64,000 bases of DNA from Harriotta raleighana (lineage: Eukaryota). Below, piece by piece: positions 51,954 to 62,516 of the stretch (position 1 is the stretch's first letter; the number at the start of each line of letters is the position of its first letter). The stretch spans positions 7,842,012 through 7,906,011 of the forward strand of contig JBNZDD010013730.1 of assembly GCA_050575255.1 (NCBI GenBank). The letters are read 5' to 3'. The notes below the pieces were generated by a model. That model did not search any database, was not told the origin of the DNA, and saw nothing but the letters and a program-made list of their open reading frames with translations. A program made the position numbers and the translations under genes.

Positions 51954-52336
51954 AATATAATAATTTGCATTGAAATAATGTCTTATCACTTCATTGAGCG
52001 GTGTCAAAGTGCTTCACAGGATTTTACAATAAAGTGGATTTCCTGCGTATATGTAGGTGAATACGGTAGCCAATTTGCATGCACCTCCAACCAATTTTAA
52101 CTGGGGTTTATTTGCCGGGACACATACAAACATCTTTCTCCCCTTAAATAATAGTTCCATGGGATCTTTAATGCCTGCAGATGGGATCTGGATATTGCTT
52201 TTTATCTGAAGGACAGCCCCTCCATTAATGCAACACTTCCCAACACTTGAGTGTGAGTTACAAGTATCAGTGTGGGGCTCAAACCTGCAACCTTCTAGTT
52301 TGGAGGCGAGAGTGCGATCAATTGAACCAGGATGAC
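51954..52336 (-). mobile_element. Old Deu-domain SINE (copy 2 of the 2-kb duplicate)
   Basis: Same sequence as 49907-50289 at offset 2047. Confidence 0.78.
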
Positions 52337-52852
52337 AAGATAATTTATCAAGCTTGAAAGGGCTGAGAGGGTCCACTGAGATTCAAATACAGAAATGTTC
52401 AGTTCCATGTCCTCATGCAGAACTGATTGAGTTACCTGGAATGTGTTTCTCGTAATAAGTGCTTTTAATGTGTTTTGTTTAGCTCTCTGTAACTTCTGTA
52501 GCACAAAGAAAGTGCTGTACAGTATCATTGCAATTTTTTTTAAACTTGTCATATGTTTATTTTGGAAAGCAAACCCAAATCATCAGATTACAAATCACAA
52601 TTACTTAATAATATTAATATTTTCAATCAATTTAATGGGGAGAAGTGTCACTAACTTCCATGCACAGGCAAACCTTATAATACTGTGGTCTCTGAGTGTA
52701 GTAGCACAGAGGATGTATTACAAATGAAGTACAATTAATATGGCTGACTTTGGATTCTCATATCAACACAAGAATAATTTCCTGAGTGCTGAGTATGTAC
52801 ACTTGAGCAAAAAATCCTACTGATGTTGCTTCCTTCATGAAGTGTTTCCTGC

Positions 52853-53153
52853 AAATAATAATAATCCTTGCATTTGATACAGCACTTTTCATATCTTCTA
52901 GATGTCTTAAAACACTTCACTGTATATACTGTAAAGTGAATTATCAATATATTTGTGGGCGAAAAGCAGCAGCTAATTGCACGCAGCAGTGTCCCACAAA
53001 CAGTCGTGGATTGAAATGACCAATTTTTTTTTCTTGAAGGATTATTATCAGGGATTATTGTGGAGTAAAGAAACTTGCCCAAGGTTTTGGCCTGCCTGGA
53101 ATTGAACCCAGGTCTCTCGCTTGCAAGGCAAGTGCTCTGAGTCACAGGACTCC
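52853..53153 (-). mobile_element. Young SINE, short form, near full length
   Basis: Tail, central domain and tRNA head with reverse B box ggaattgaaccc and anticodon-arm-like ctcgcttgcaaggc; ends ggactcc. Confidence 0.93.
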
Positions 53154-54835
53154 ATACATAGCACAGAGCACATAGCACAGAAGCGCAACCTAAGGAAGTG
53201 TCCATAGATGTCTTGTGCATAGTACACATGTGTAACACACAACCAGATATGTGCATAGCATAAATATGCATAAGACTTTGGAAGTGATATCAGTGGTAAT
53301 TTGATGCTCTGGAAATTGGCCATTTTTGGCAAGGGAAGTCATCTAGACAGCACTGGAAGCCAAAGTATCGTGCTTCTGATTAGAGCGAGTACACAGTAGA
53401 CTATATGTAAGCGAGGCAGTTCTCAACTATGTTGGGGGAAGAGCACTATAACTATTTTCCCTTATACTTACCCTTCCTGCAAATCTCTTCATTCTCCTTG
53501 GTTCAAATACAGTGGTTTTCCCTTTGTGACATGATCTCAAAGCCAAATTATGTTTTTGGACTCCCACGGTGGCAACAATGTCATTGTAATATAATTTGCT
53601 TCATTCAGCTGATTGATCTAGTGCAACAGTACATGCATGTGAAAATACTTAGAATGCAGGGTTCAACAAATATCACTCGCTAATGTGTGTAACATCACCT
53701 CATATAATAGTACATAAAGTGAAATCCTGCAAAGAAAAGTCACTATCTGAAAGCCCTAACTGGGGCTATTTTAAACATTTGCTATCTGAATTCCCTGACA
53801 ACAAGCCAAACAAGTAGCCTTTTTAAACGTAGTCTTCTTATAGTGATAAGGCAGGATAGTGGGATGGAATGAACACTTTGCTCTGAGAGTCCATGGAGAT
53901 CCAACAGGCCAAATGGCCTCAGTCTGAACTGTAAACGTCTTTGGCTCCATGAAAGGGTCACAATTATATTCCCCAAATATTTGGCATTCCTTTGCTTGCC
54001 AAAGATTCAATTAATCACAGTGAGATTCATAGCAAATAGTGACATCCCTTTCTGCAGCAAATAATGGTCTTTTAAAGCTGATTATTTCTCATGAAGCTGT
54101 TACAGTATAAAGATTCTTCAATGTACAATATTGGTCATGTCAGAGGCACCGATTGAGGTCCCAGCAATTTGCATACTAAATATATTGGCTTGTTGCCACA
54201 CACTCCCTCTCTCCCCCCGCCCCAGGGAATGATATATGCCCATATATCCAGTTCAAATAGTTAATTACTGCTTGAAAATTGAACTATGTTACTGTATATT
54301 CAAATGTTTGAAACAGAACGTTTTATCTTATCAATATGCTTGCCTATGTGGATACTTATGCACATCATCAAGGTTAAGCCACTATGGATTTAAGCAGGAC
54401 CCCAGTGGATCAATATGTCAAGGAATCAATATACACAGGTACCCTGGGGGGTCATTTGAATTCCAGCATAGAATACAAAGAAATATCTTCTAATCTGGTC
54501 CGTTCTCTCAAGTACACATCTCAAAGTGGACGTTAAAAGGGGCAAGCATCTTACATGCTCCCACTCTTCCTCATCCTAGGATTACTTAAAGGGATTTTCA
54601 CAGGTATTTGGACCATGTTGCCCCTGTAGGAATAGTCCACTAAATTCACTCACTCATCTGCCAGCTAGATGAATGAATACTGATAGGTGAATGAATACAT
54701 AAATACAGGTCATGTGGATGAGGTACATATGAAGCTGTACCCGAACAGGAAAAAGTCATATGCCTTAAGGGGAGATTAATCATATAGATTGCGACTTCTG
54801 TATAATTGTGTGTCTAAAGGTAAAAATAACTTTTT

Positions 54836-55048
54836 CATAGAATCAATGAATCTTACGGCACAAAAGGAGGCCATTTGACCCATCAAATCTGTGCTGGCTC
54901 TTTAAAAAGAGCAATTTAATCCCACTCCCCAGCTCTCTCTCCATAACCTCACAAACCCTTCCTCCCAAAATAAATGTCTACCTCTCTTTTAAAATTTGTT
55001 ATCGAATCAGCCTCCACTACCTTTTCTGGCAATGCATTCCAGATTCAA
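54836..55048 (-). mobile_element. CR1-type LINE 3' end
   Basis: catagaatc..ggcacaaaaggaggccatttgacccatc is the reverse CR1 3'UTR; gaatcagcctccactaccttttctggcaatgcattccagatt reads IWNALPEKVVEADS on the minus strand. Confidence 0.88.
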
Positions 55049-55697
55049 GGCAATGCATTCCAGATTCAAAGCCGATACATATATATTCTTTAACTAATGT
55101 CAGCAAGGCAATTCGATATATTTGAGTATGGAATATGTCAATGCTTCGTTCTTCCTTGTTTAACTCTCCTTTCCCCCCGAAGAACTCCACTCAAATTGAT
55201 ATTTTTATAACAACAAACTGAATGGAATTATGATTCAGTTACAGTTATATTTGATTTACAAAGCTAAATGCATTTGAGATATCATGTGCCCATATTCAAT
55301 AATCTGGCTCCATTGGCTGCTACCAGCTTTTATCTGTGTTCTGAGACATGATGCTTGTGTGTGTACTGAATATCCTGGCTTGCAGTTGCATATGATTTCT
55401 GTGTGTAACATGCACAAATCATTTCCTGATGCCCCAAAATAGAGAGAAACGTAAGAAGCATTATCTTACACAAGATAAGATAAAATGCAATGTTTTTATT
55501 GCCAGAATATTCTTTTAAAGGTATTCTTTCCATTTTGTCAACTTTATGTAACAGAGTAATTGAAATTGGCATGCAATCTCATACCCTACTCTTTCAAACT
55601 CTGAGCTTTTGCTGACTCTGAAGACACACATCCACAATTTGCTCACCGCAGGAGGAGATTTTACAAGATTCCTACTAAGTTGTATGTTAATGCTAAA

Positions 55698-55903
55698 TCA
55701 AAATTTTCTGTGTGTTTTGACATCCTTCTACTACATGCCACTTACCCAATCTGTTATTTTGCTTCATGCGACATNTCAAAATTTTCTGTGTGTTTTGACA
55801 TCCTTCTACTACATGCCACTTACCCAATCTGTTATTTTGCTTCATTTTGNTCCTTCTACTACATGCCACTTACCCAATCTGTTATTTTGCTTCATGCGAC
55901 ATC
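55698..55903. repeat. N-joined triple copy, probable assembly artefact
   Basis: tccttctactacatgccacttacccaatctgttattttgcttcat occurs three times; N at 55775 and 55850. Confidence 0.85.
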
Positions 55904-56280
55904 TATGTTTTCTGGATCCAACCGTGCATTAGAATAGAAGTGTCACTCTCTGTTATCTTAGTCACATTCTAATGGCAAAGAGGTTATCGCCAGTCAGCTG
56001 GAAAGAAAATTAAAACCATAATTTCAGACATTGGTACAGAATTGCATTTCTCATGCCAAAAGACTGGCTTTATTGCCTCGTCACTTAAATGATGCATTAA
56101 ACAATGACATACCTTTGTGTAATTGTGTATGTCTGTTTCTGTGGTATTAAATACAGATTTGTTGGATAGGAATATATCACAATAAAATACATATTCCTGT
56201 TTTTATATAAATGTATTCTTATGTGAATATATGTGCACACACCCGATTGTATCCTCTGATAATGCCCCAGTGGAGATCAG

Positions 56281-56446
56281 GCACCTCAGCACATTCATGA
56301 AATCAAATTTGTGACTTTACTGTTTTTTTTGGTACCATAACCAACCGGCACCTAGAAGCCCATCAAAAATACNGCACCTCAGCACATTCATGAAATCAAA
56401 TTTGTGACTTTACTGTTTTTTTTTGGTACCATAACCATCAAAAATA
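56281..56446. repeat. N-joined duplicate differing by a 19-bp indel and polyT length, probable allelic artefact
   Basis: N at 56373; cataaccaaccggcacctagaagcccatcaaaaatac vs cataaccatcaaaaatac. Confidence 0.85.
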
Positions 56447-56504
56447 CATTAACTGTATTGTATGTTATATATTTAAATATTGAGGGTTCATGATTTTGAT
56501 AGCA

Positions 56505-56708
56505 TTTGATGCAGCATTTAATAGAGTGTCTTTCATGTCAGCAGGATGCCTCATCACACTTCACAGGATCTGCTGCCAAGTGTAGTGACTGTGTGTATTT
56601 GTAAGCGAACAAGTAATAAACCAATCCTTATATCTGAGAAACCTGGGTTGAAAATCCTCCTGACGTGAAAGGCACTCTATAAATGTAATGTTGTTGTTGT
56701 TGTTGTTG
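56505..56708. mobile_element. Two degraded SINE/L2 tail fragments in opposite orientation
   Basis: gcatttaatagagtgtctttcatgtc..cacttcacag..gtagtgactg (minus) and cctgacgtgaaaggcactctataaatgtaat(gtt)n (plus). Confidence 0.6.
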
Positions 56709-59018
56709 GAAATAGAGTAAAACGCCTGCTACCAGAGATAATTTTGTAGAATTCCCAGCCATCCAATTAAATTTTTCATTGAAGAGACATTTTTGTTATT
56801 TCCAAACAATTTAAAGGGCAAAATTGGGTGAGATGAGACTATTTGCTGGTTAGGCATTGCAGAGAAGTAACTTGATATTTCTAATATGTTATATTAATGC
56901 TCACTGGAGGCCCATTTGTAGGTTTGAAATTTTTGAAGAGGGCATCAGTCATGTAAATTTAGGTATGTCACACTGACGACCCACTGGAACTTGGCTCGAT
57001 GTAATCTGCTGAACAACAGAGTTCCTGCTGGTTGACAGGAATTCTAAGGGGATTTGTAAAATGATGTGAATTAAAACCCCATTAAACTGTATACAGTACA
57101 TTTTCCCATAATAGGCAACTAGTGATTACATCACTGGTTGCCTACTACAGGGAAATTTCTAGTTTTGTGTATTTTTGCTGATGTTTGAGCATAAAACTGC
57201 AATAAAGAATACTAAAGTGATGCTTTTTGAACTCTACATTTAATTGGAATTGTGCTTTAACAGTTCACGTGTATGCCATTCAAATTAAACCAACCACATA
57301 GCTCGCTGGACACTGTAAATCAACATTTAATGTAGCTGAGAGACATCCTCCTGTGTGTCCAATTTATGAAATATTTATTCTTCTGAAAACTGCCACTTTA
57401 TGCAGATTCAGAGTTGATCTTTGCAGTAACATAGAATGACTCAAGTCATTTGGTTGTTTTTCTGCTTGCATCAGTATCCTATATCTTTATTGAAGAACTG
57501 CTTTTAGCATCATAAACATAAGAAAGTGGGTTAAAGGATCAAGGGGTTTAAGATAAATTTGTTATAAACTCTTTCATCATGTTTTGTAAAGCTTAGCACT
57601 TGAAGATATTGTAGTGAAATAATACATGATAATGCAGTTGGCATAAGATGGTCTTACATTGTGCAATCAATTGTGAAAACAAACGAGTATCTGAATAATG
57701 TATTCAGAGATGTATAATTCAAAAGAGGCAAAAATCATGTATCTGTAGATGTTTTCAAGTGCATTCTTTCCGTATTGTTTTTCTCAGGTGTCTGACATGC
57801 AGCAAAATCCCTTACCAAATCTCCAGTTCCAGCCCCTGGGGATTCATAGAAACAGGGACCTCTTTGTCAGTATTGCAGAGGGCAATTACTTCCTGGGGAT
57901 ATAGAGTACTCACTTGTCCATGACTGAAGAACAAAAGTCATGGGCTGTTATCAGCTTTTAACTCAACCATTGATATTACATTGTATCATATGCTATATAA
58001 TAAAATGAGGTGAGGGGCTTATCCTCTGTGAAGTAATGTAACTCCATGCTTAGAACTGAGAGTGAATCCATTCTTATGGTAATCAGTGCAACTCTGCACT
58101 TTCCATATTCAGATTAACCCAGTTTTCTCCATTTCAATTCCAATATTTGCTCTTGATTCAAAAATATATTCAAATCTTTCTTCCAATGCATTGTCAAATC
58201 TTAACTCCATTACACAGTTCTGATTCACTCTCTAAATTGCTTTTCATAACAGACCGTCCAATCCTTTCCTGAATTGAGATATATATTTCAGCTTCCTCTC
58301 TTATCTCTATTTTGAGTCTCTTTTCAGGCCCTTGTTTCTGGCATTTTTGATTCTGTAATTCTGGCTCCCTTTTAACTCTTAAAGTGCTGAAGAAAAATGC
58401 ACTCGACCAAGCAATATAGAATGAGCATAGACTCCTTCTTACATTCTTCATGGTTTTAACAGTTCAACTGACGAGACAGTAATAGTGCCGATTTACGATG
58501 TGGCCTTCAATATCTCAGCTTTTCATTATGTAGAAAATCTGCCTTTTAATGCAGTTCTTTTATTCCAAAATTCTTTTATTCACAAGCTAGTTCTTTTATT
58601 CTAAAGGGTTTTATTCATAGGCTTTCTCTGGATGTCATTCCAGGTCTTATACTGAGAGTTAAAGAAATATGCATCGCACTATTTCCAGAAATAATTGAGG
58701 TTAATGTTGTAGAAGAGAAACAATGGGTTTGGATGAAAAATTGCAACCTTGATGTGATAATTATCATTCATGATATTGTCAATTTGTTAGAGTTTGCTCC
58801 CACAAAATCTTATCAAAATGGTTGGATCTGAAGCCAACTCTACTGGAGAGGCAGCCATTAGACTCGCCACTCCACAGATAATGGCATTTAAGTGCAAGTT
58901 TACGCAATACAGTCTTAACTATTAAAGTTGAGGGTTAACTTTAATCTCCTTTCTAGTTGACTGACATAAAGTAATCCTTTGTCTCTTGCAGAGAATAAAG
59001 ATTAAGGATTTAATCTAG

Positions 59019-59378
59019 AATAATAATAATCCTTGCATTTGATATTGTGTTTTATCACATCATTGAGATGCCTCAAAGCACTTCACCAAATAAACTGTAA
59101 AGTGAATTGACTGTATATTTTGTGGGTGATACAAGGCAACCAATTGCAAACAGCAGTATCCCACAAACAGCCATGGATTAAATGATCCCATTTTTTTTTT
59201 TTACGGATTATTACTCTCAGAAAGCGATCCGCCAATTCACAACCAGATTCCTACTTATTGCTGGTAAACAGAGGCATGTGGAGTTGGGAAACTTGCCTAC
59301 GTTTTCGCCCTGCTCAGGAATTGAACCCAGGTCCTGTTGCTTGCGAGGCACCTGCTGCAACCATACGCTGCATGACTC
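59019..59378 (-). mobile_element. Full-length tRNA SINE, long form
   Basis: (AAT)n tail; extra segment 59214-59275 homologous to 38410-38480; ggaaacttgcc, ggaattgaacccagg, gactc end. Confidence 0.9.
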
Positions 59379-60191
59379 AAAATTCTATATTGCTTCTTTT
59401 CAGGCTTCCAACAATTCAGGAATGAAACAGAGTGTACATTTGCTGAAAATGTACTTTGATCACTTCCCGTCTCGTGCATGCAGTATGTTCATTTCTTGTG
59501 ATACTGATGTCAATTTGCAGCAGAACACACATCTGTGCACTGACGGACAATACAGTGTATCAGTGTCAGGATGCATTTTGGTTTACTATTCCCCCGGTTT
59601 GGCNAAATATTATAATGGATGATTTTTGTACTTCTTAATTCTGTCTGAGGTTTTAAATGAGGTGCAAATTACATTTTAATGTATGTTGGTTTTCCTTTTT
59701 TTTAAAAATGGAGAATTTCCAACAGCAGTGTGAGTAAGCTTTCAAACAGAAGGAAGGCTCAATTTAGCGAACAGAAATCATGAGATGCAAAGCCAGGATA
59801 TTTGATATAGAAACCAGAATGCAAAAAACAAAGTGTGGGGGGGGAAAAAAAAAGTCTGGGGAGAGATAGTCACACTTTGAAATGAAATGTAGAGGGAGGC
59901 GAAGGAAAGCCACACACAACGCAGTGTTTTAAAGTGGTAAGGTTCAAGATGAATTGGCTTGAATTGATTATTAGCTGCTGCAGACTGATGAGAGGAAATA
60001 TTCCCTCTGGAGTCTTCAGCATTCAGTTTTACTCCAGAACCACTGCATCTGCTGGACTACATTAGACCATTACACTATCCAATGTGACTGTGACATCGAT
60101 GTAGTATTGCAGCACCACAATTGTGAAAGACTATTAGTTCCTCAAAAATCTCCCTTTCAGCTGAAAACAAAAACCCTTTCTTCAAAAAAGT

Positions 60192-60256
60192 CAACAACTA
60201 CAGTACTTGCATTTATATAGTGCCTGTCACCCTGGACAGCGTCTCGGAGCAATTAT
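60192..60256 (-). mobile_element. L2-type tail fragment
   Basis: acttgcatttatatagtgcctgtcaccctggacagcgtctcggagc. Confidence 0.7.
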
Positions 60257-61292
60257 ATCTGACTGATTGGCATCTTGCATTGGTGATGATATTCTCCTTG
60301 TGGAAACCAAACCTGCCTAATCCTGATTTGGCAAGTACCCTGGTGCAGATCAGGGTCATTGGCGCATACTTCACTGTTGATTTTCTTCTTATAGAAACCT
60401 TCTGATTATTCCCTGCATTGGCACGAATGTTCCTTTGATCACAGCTGCACCTTCACCTTCACACAACGGCCGCTTTCCTAGAGAGGCAGAGCTTATTCTC
60501 AGCATGGGTACAAGTGACGGAATCCAAGACAGCGGCAAAACACATGGGTATCTTCAGGGATGTTTGGGGATTTAAGTAGCAAGATGCCACTTGAACTAAG
60601 TAGCATTGACTCAAAGGATATTATTTAACGGTTATTTTTGTTTGACTGAATTTCTCGGCTCTATTTGAGCGCATAAGTATTCTTCACTTTCATGGAAAAG
60701 GTAGTTAATCTTCAGTCGGTTTGAGATGTTTCTTTCATGTGAAAGTTGTTGTACAAAGAAAATATGTTGCTCTGTAGTAAAGATGGCCTCATTAAAATCC
60801 ACCACTGAAGCTAAGCCCTCAGACAAGAAAAGATATAACTCTAAATTATTAGCTCTGTATATATTTCATGCTATGTGTTTGTTTCTGGGAAGTGAATATC
60901 ACGAAAGGCTTCAATCTTTTTGTTGGAAAGTATTATGGACGTTGTAAAAATTTAACTGGTTGGGGAATAAATGTACAACACTTGAAAAAAAAGCAATCTG
61001 GTTGATGGAATCTGATTTAACACTTGGTGGAGAGGAACATATGTGTGTTATGTAATTTTTTTGGTAAACGCTATTTGTGTTTTATATTTTTGGCATCAAA
61101 CAATAAAATAAAATGAGTGGCACAGAGTTTTACTGATTTTATTTGTGATGTTTATAGGTGTACAAAATTCCCCTTCACCCTACCCTGTCCCATTCCCCCC
61201 AGTTGTGTGGGAATGGTAATAGCAACCGGGCATCTTAATCTAAACCTCAGTTATTCATCTAGAAGGATGGGTGATTAAGAGCCAGTAAGGAA

Positions 61293-61825
61293 GGAACTTG
61301 CAATTTTATAGCACTCTTATTAAGTTGAAATGCCTTAAAGCATTTTGAATGTAACTGGGTAAATGTAGTGACCTTGTTTGATAAGCAACCTTGTTTGGGA
61401 AGCAGCATAGTCCACAAACAGCTGTGAAACAGATGACCAATTAATCGTGAGGCTTGTTGGCCAGGACACAGGCAGAAACTCCCCTCTCTTCAAACAGTAT
61501 CATGAGATCTTTGTTGCATACATTTACATATGCCATAAATATGACAATATTTGTCATACATTTTATAATGTATGTATTACAATATTGTAATAGGTCCTGT
61601 ACTGTATTTTCCAGATACATCTATCGGCAGGATTTCCTTGTGCTCATGATATGGCTTAATCTTTATTCAAAACAACAAGATACAGAAATACAATAAATAG
61701 GAAATAGCATTGGGTAATGGAGGTAAAATAATGTATATGTTGGTTGTTTATAAACAACAAGGACCTTTAAGGTCACCTGAAAGCAGACAGACAGTTCCTT
61801 TGTTTAACACCTCATCTGAAAGCTG
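61293..61825 (-). mobile_element. Old Deu-domain SINE interrupted by a ~250-bp insertion (61513-61760)
   Basis: aacttgcaattttatagcac tail..ttggccaggaca..aacagtatcatgagatcttt stops at 61512; the Deu domain resumes at 61761 ggacctttaaggtcacctgaaagcagac..gtttaacacctcatctgaaag. Confidence 0.7.
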
Positions 61826-62226
61826 ACGATGCAATATGATCAAAGTGATGCATTTCAGTCAATGTCATGGCAGCCGTGTCTGTTACTAATTATTAAATGT
61901 GATTCTAAAACCTCTTGGAAACTCGGTACATAAATTATCATTTGTTTGTCTGGACTAAAGCTACATCTGGCATGCAGAAGAGCCAGCAAATGACAATGGG
62001 CTGATTAACACACTGGAAGGATGCAACCTCCTCCTTGTTTTTCTTTCCATGGTCACAGCTGTTGGAAATATTGTAATCTATCCTGTGTTGTCCAGGCGGG
62101 ATTTTCTTGTGCTCATTTATATGGCTTAAGCTTTATTAAAACCAACTGCAAGATAATCCAATTAAAAGGAAATAGCATTGTGTAATGGAAGTAAAATAAT
62201 GCATATGCTGATTGTTCATAAACAGC
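61627..62226 (+). repeat. Diverged local direct repeat, ~130 bp (61627-61758 and 62097-62226)
   Basis: Shared blocks ggattt(c/t)cttgtgctcat, atatggcttaa, ctttatt, aggaaatagcattg, gtaatgga, gtaaaataatg, ttgtt, ataaaca; no N between them. Confidence 0.85.
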
Positions 62227-62414
62227 ATGCCTCAGAATAAAGTATCAATTTGATTTAAGTTATGAATTGCCACAGGCATAAAGGTAATACACAAATTGTA
62301 GATAACTCAATCGCAAAGTCCAAAAAACGATCTAGAGAATGTAGCTTCAACCCCTTAAGAGATAATAAATGTAACACAGCTCTTTTATACGAGTCTTCAG
62401 TATATTCTGAGTTT

Positions 62415-62516
62415 ATAATAATAAAAGTAATCCTTGCATTTGATATAGCACCATATCAGATCATTGAGACATCTCAAAGTGCTTCACAAAATGTACTGTA
62501 AAGTGGATTGACTGTT
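62415..62516 (-). mobile_element. Young SINE tail fragment
   Basis: taatccttgcatttgatatagcacc..gagacatctcaaagtgcttcacaa..ctgtaaagtggattgactg. Confidence 0.88.

Larger units (their letters stand above)
48841..52933. repeat. 2046-bp tandem duplicate joined by a single N (48841-50886 / 50888-52933)
   Basis: Constant offset of 2047, also visible as duplicated ORFs in the track; about seven substitutions seen by eye; N at 50887. Confidence 0.95.

Noticed and set aside
53085-53153. tRNA gene (Ala-like) on the minus strand, and similar heads at 13800-13864 and 38310-38380
   Set aside because: These are SINE heads fused to SINE bodies; acceptor stems and D arms are incomplete
55609-55937. Tandem-repeat ORFs or array
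   Set aside because: Same N-joined redundancy (N at 55775 and 55850)
57788-57904. Plus-strand terminal exon after tgtttttctcag
   Set aside because: Short unrecognised peptide ending in TAG with no supporting upstream gene; indistinguishable from chance
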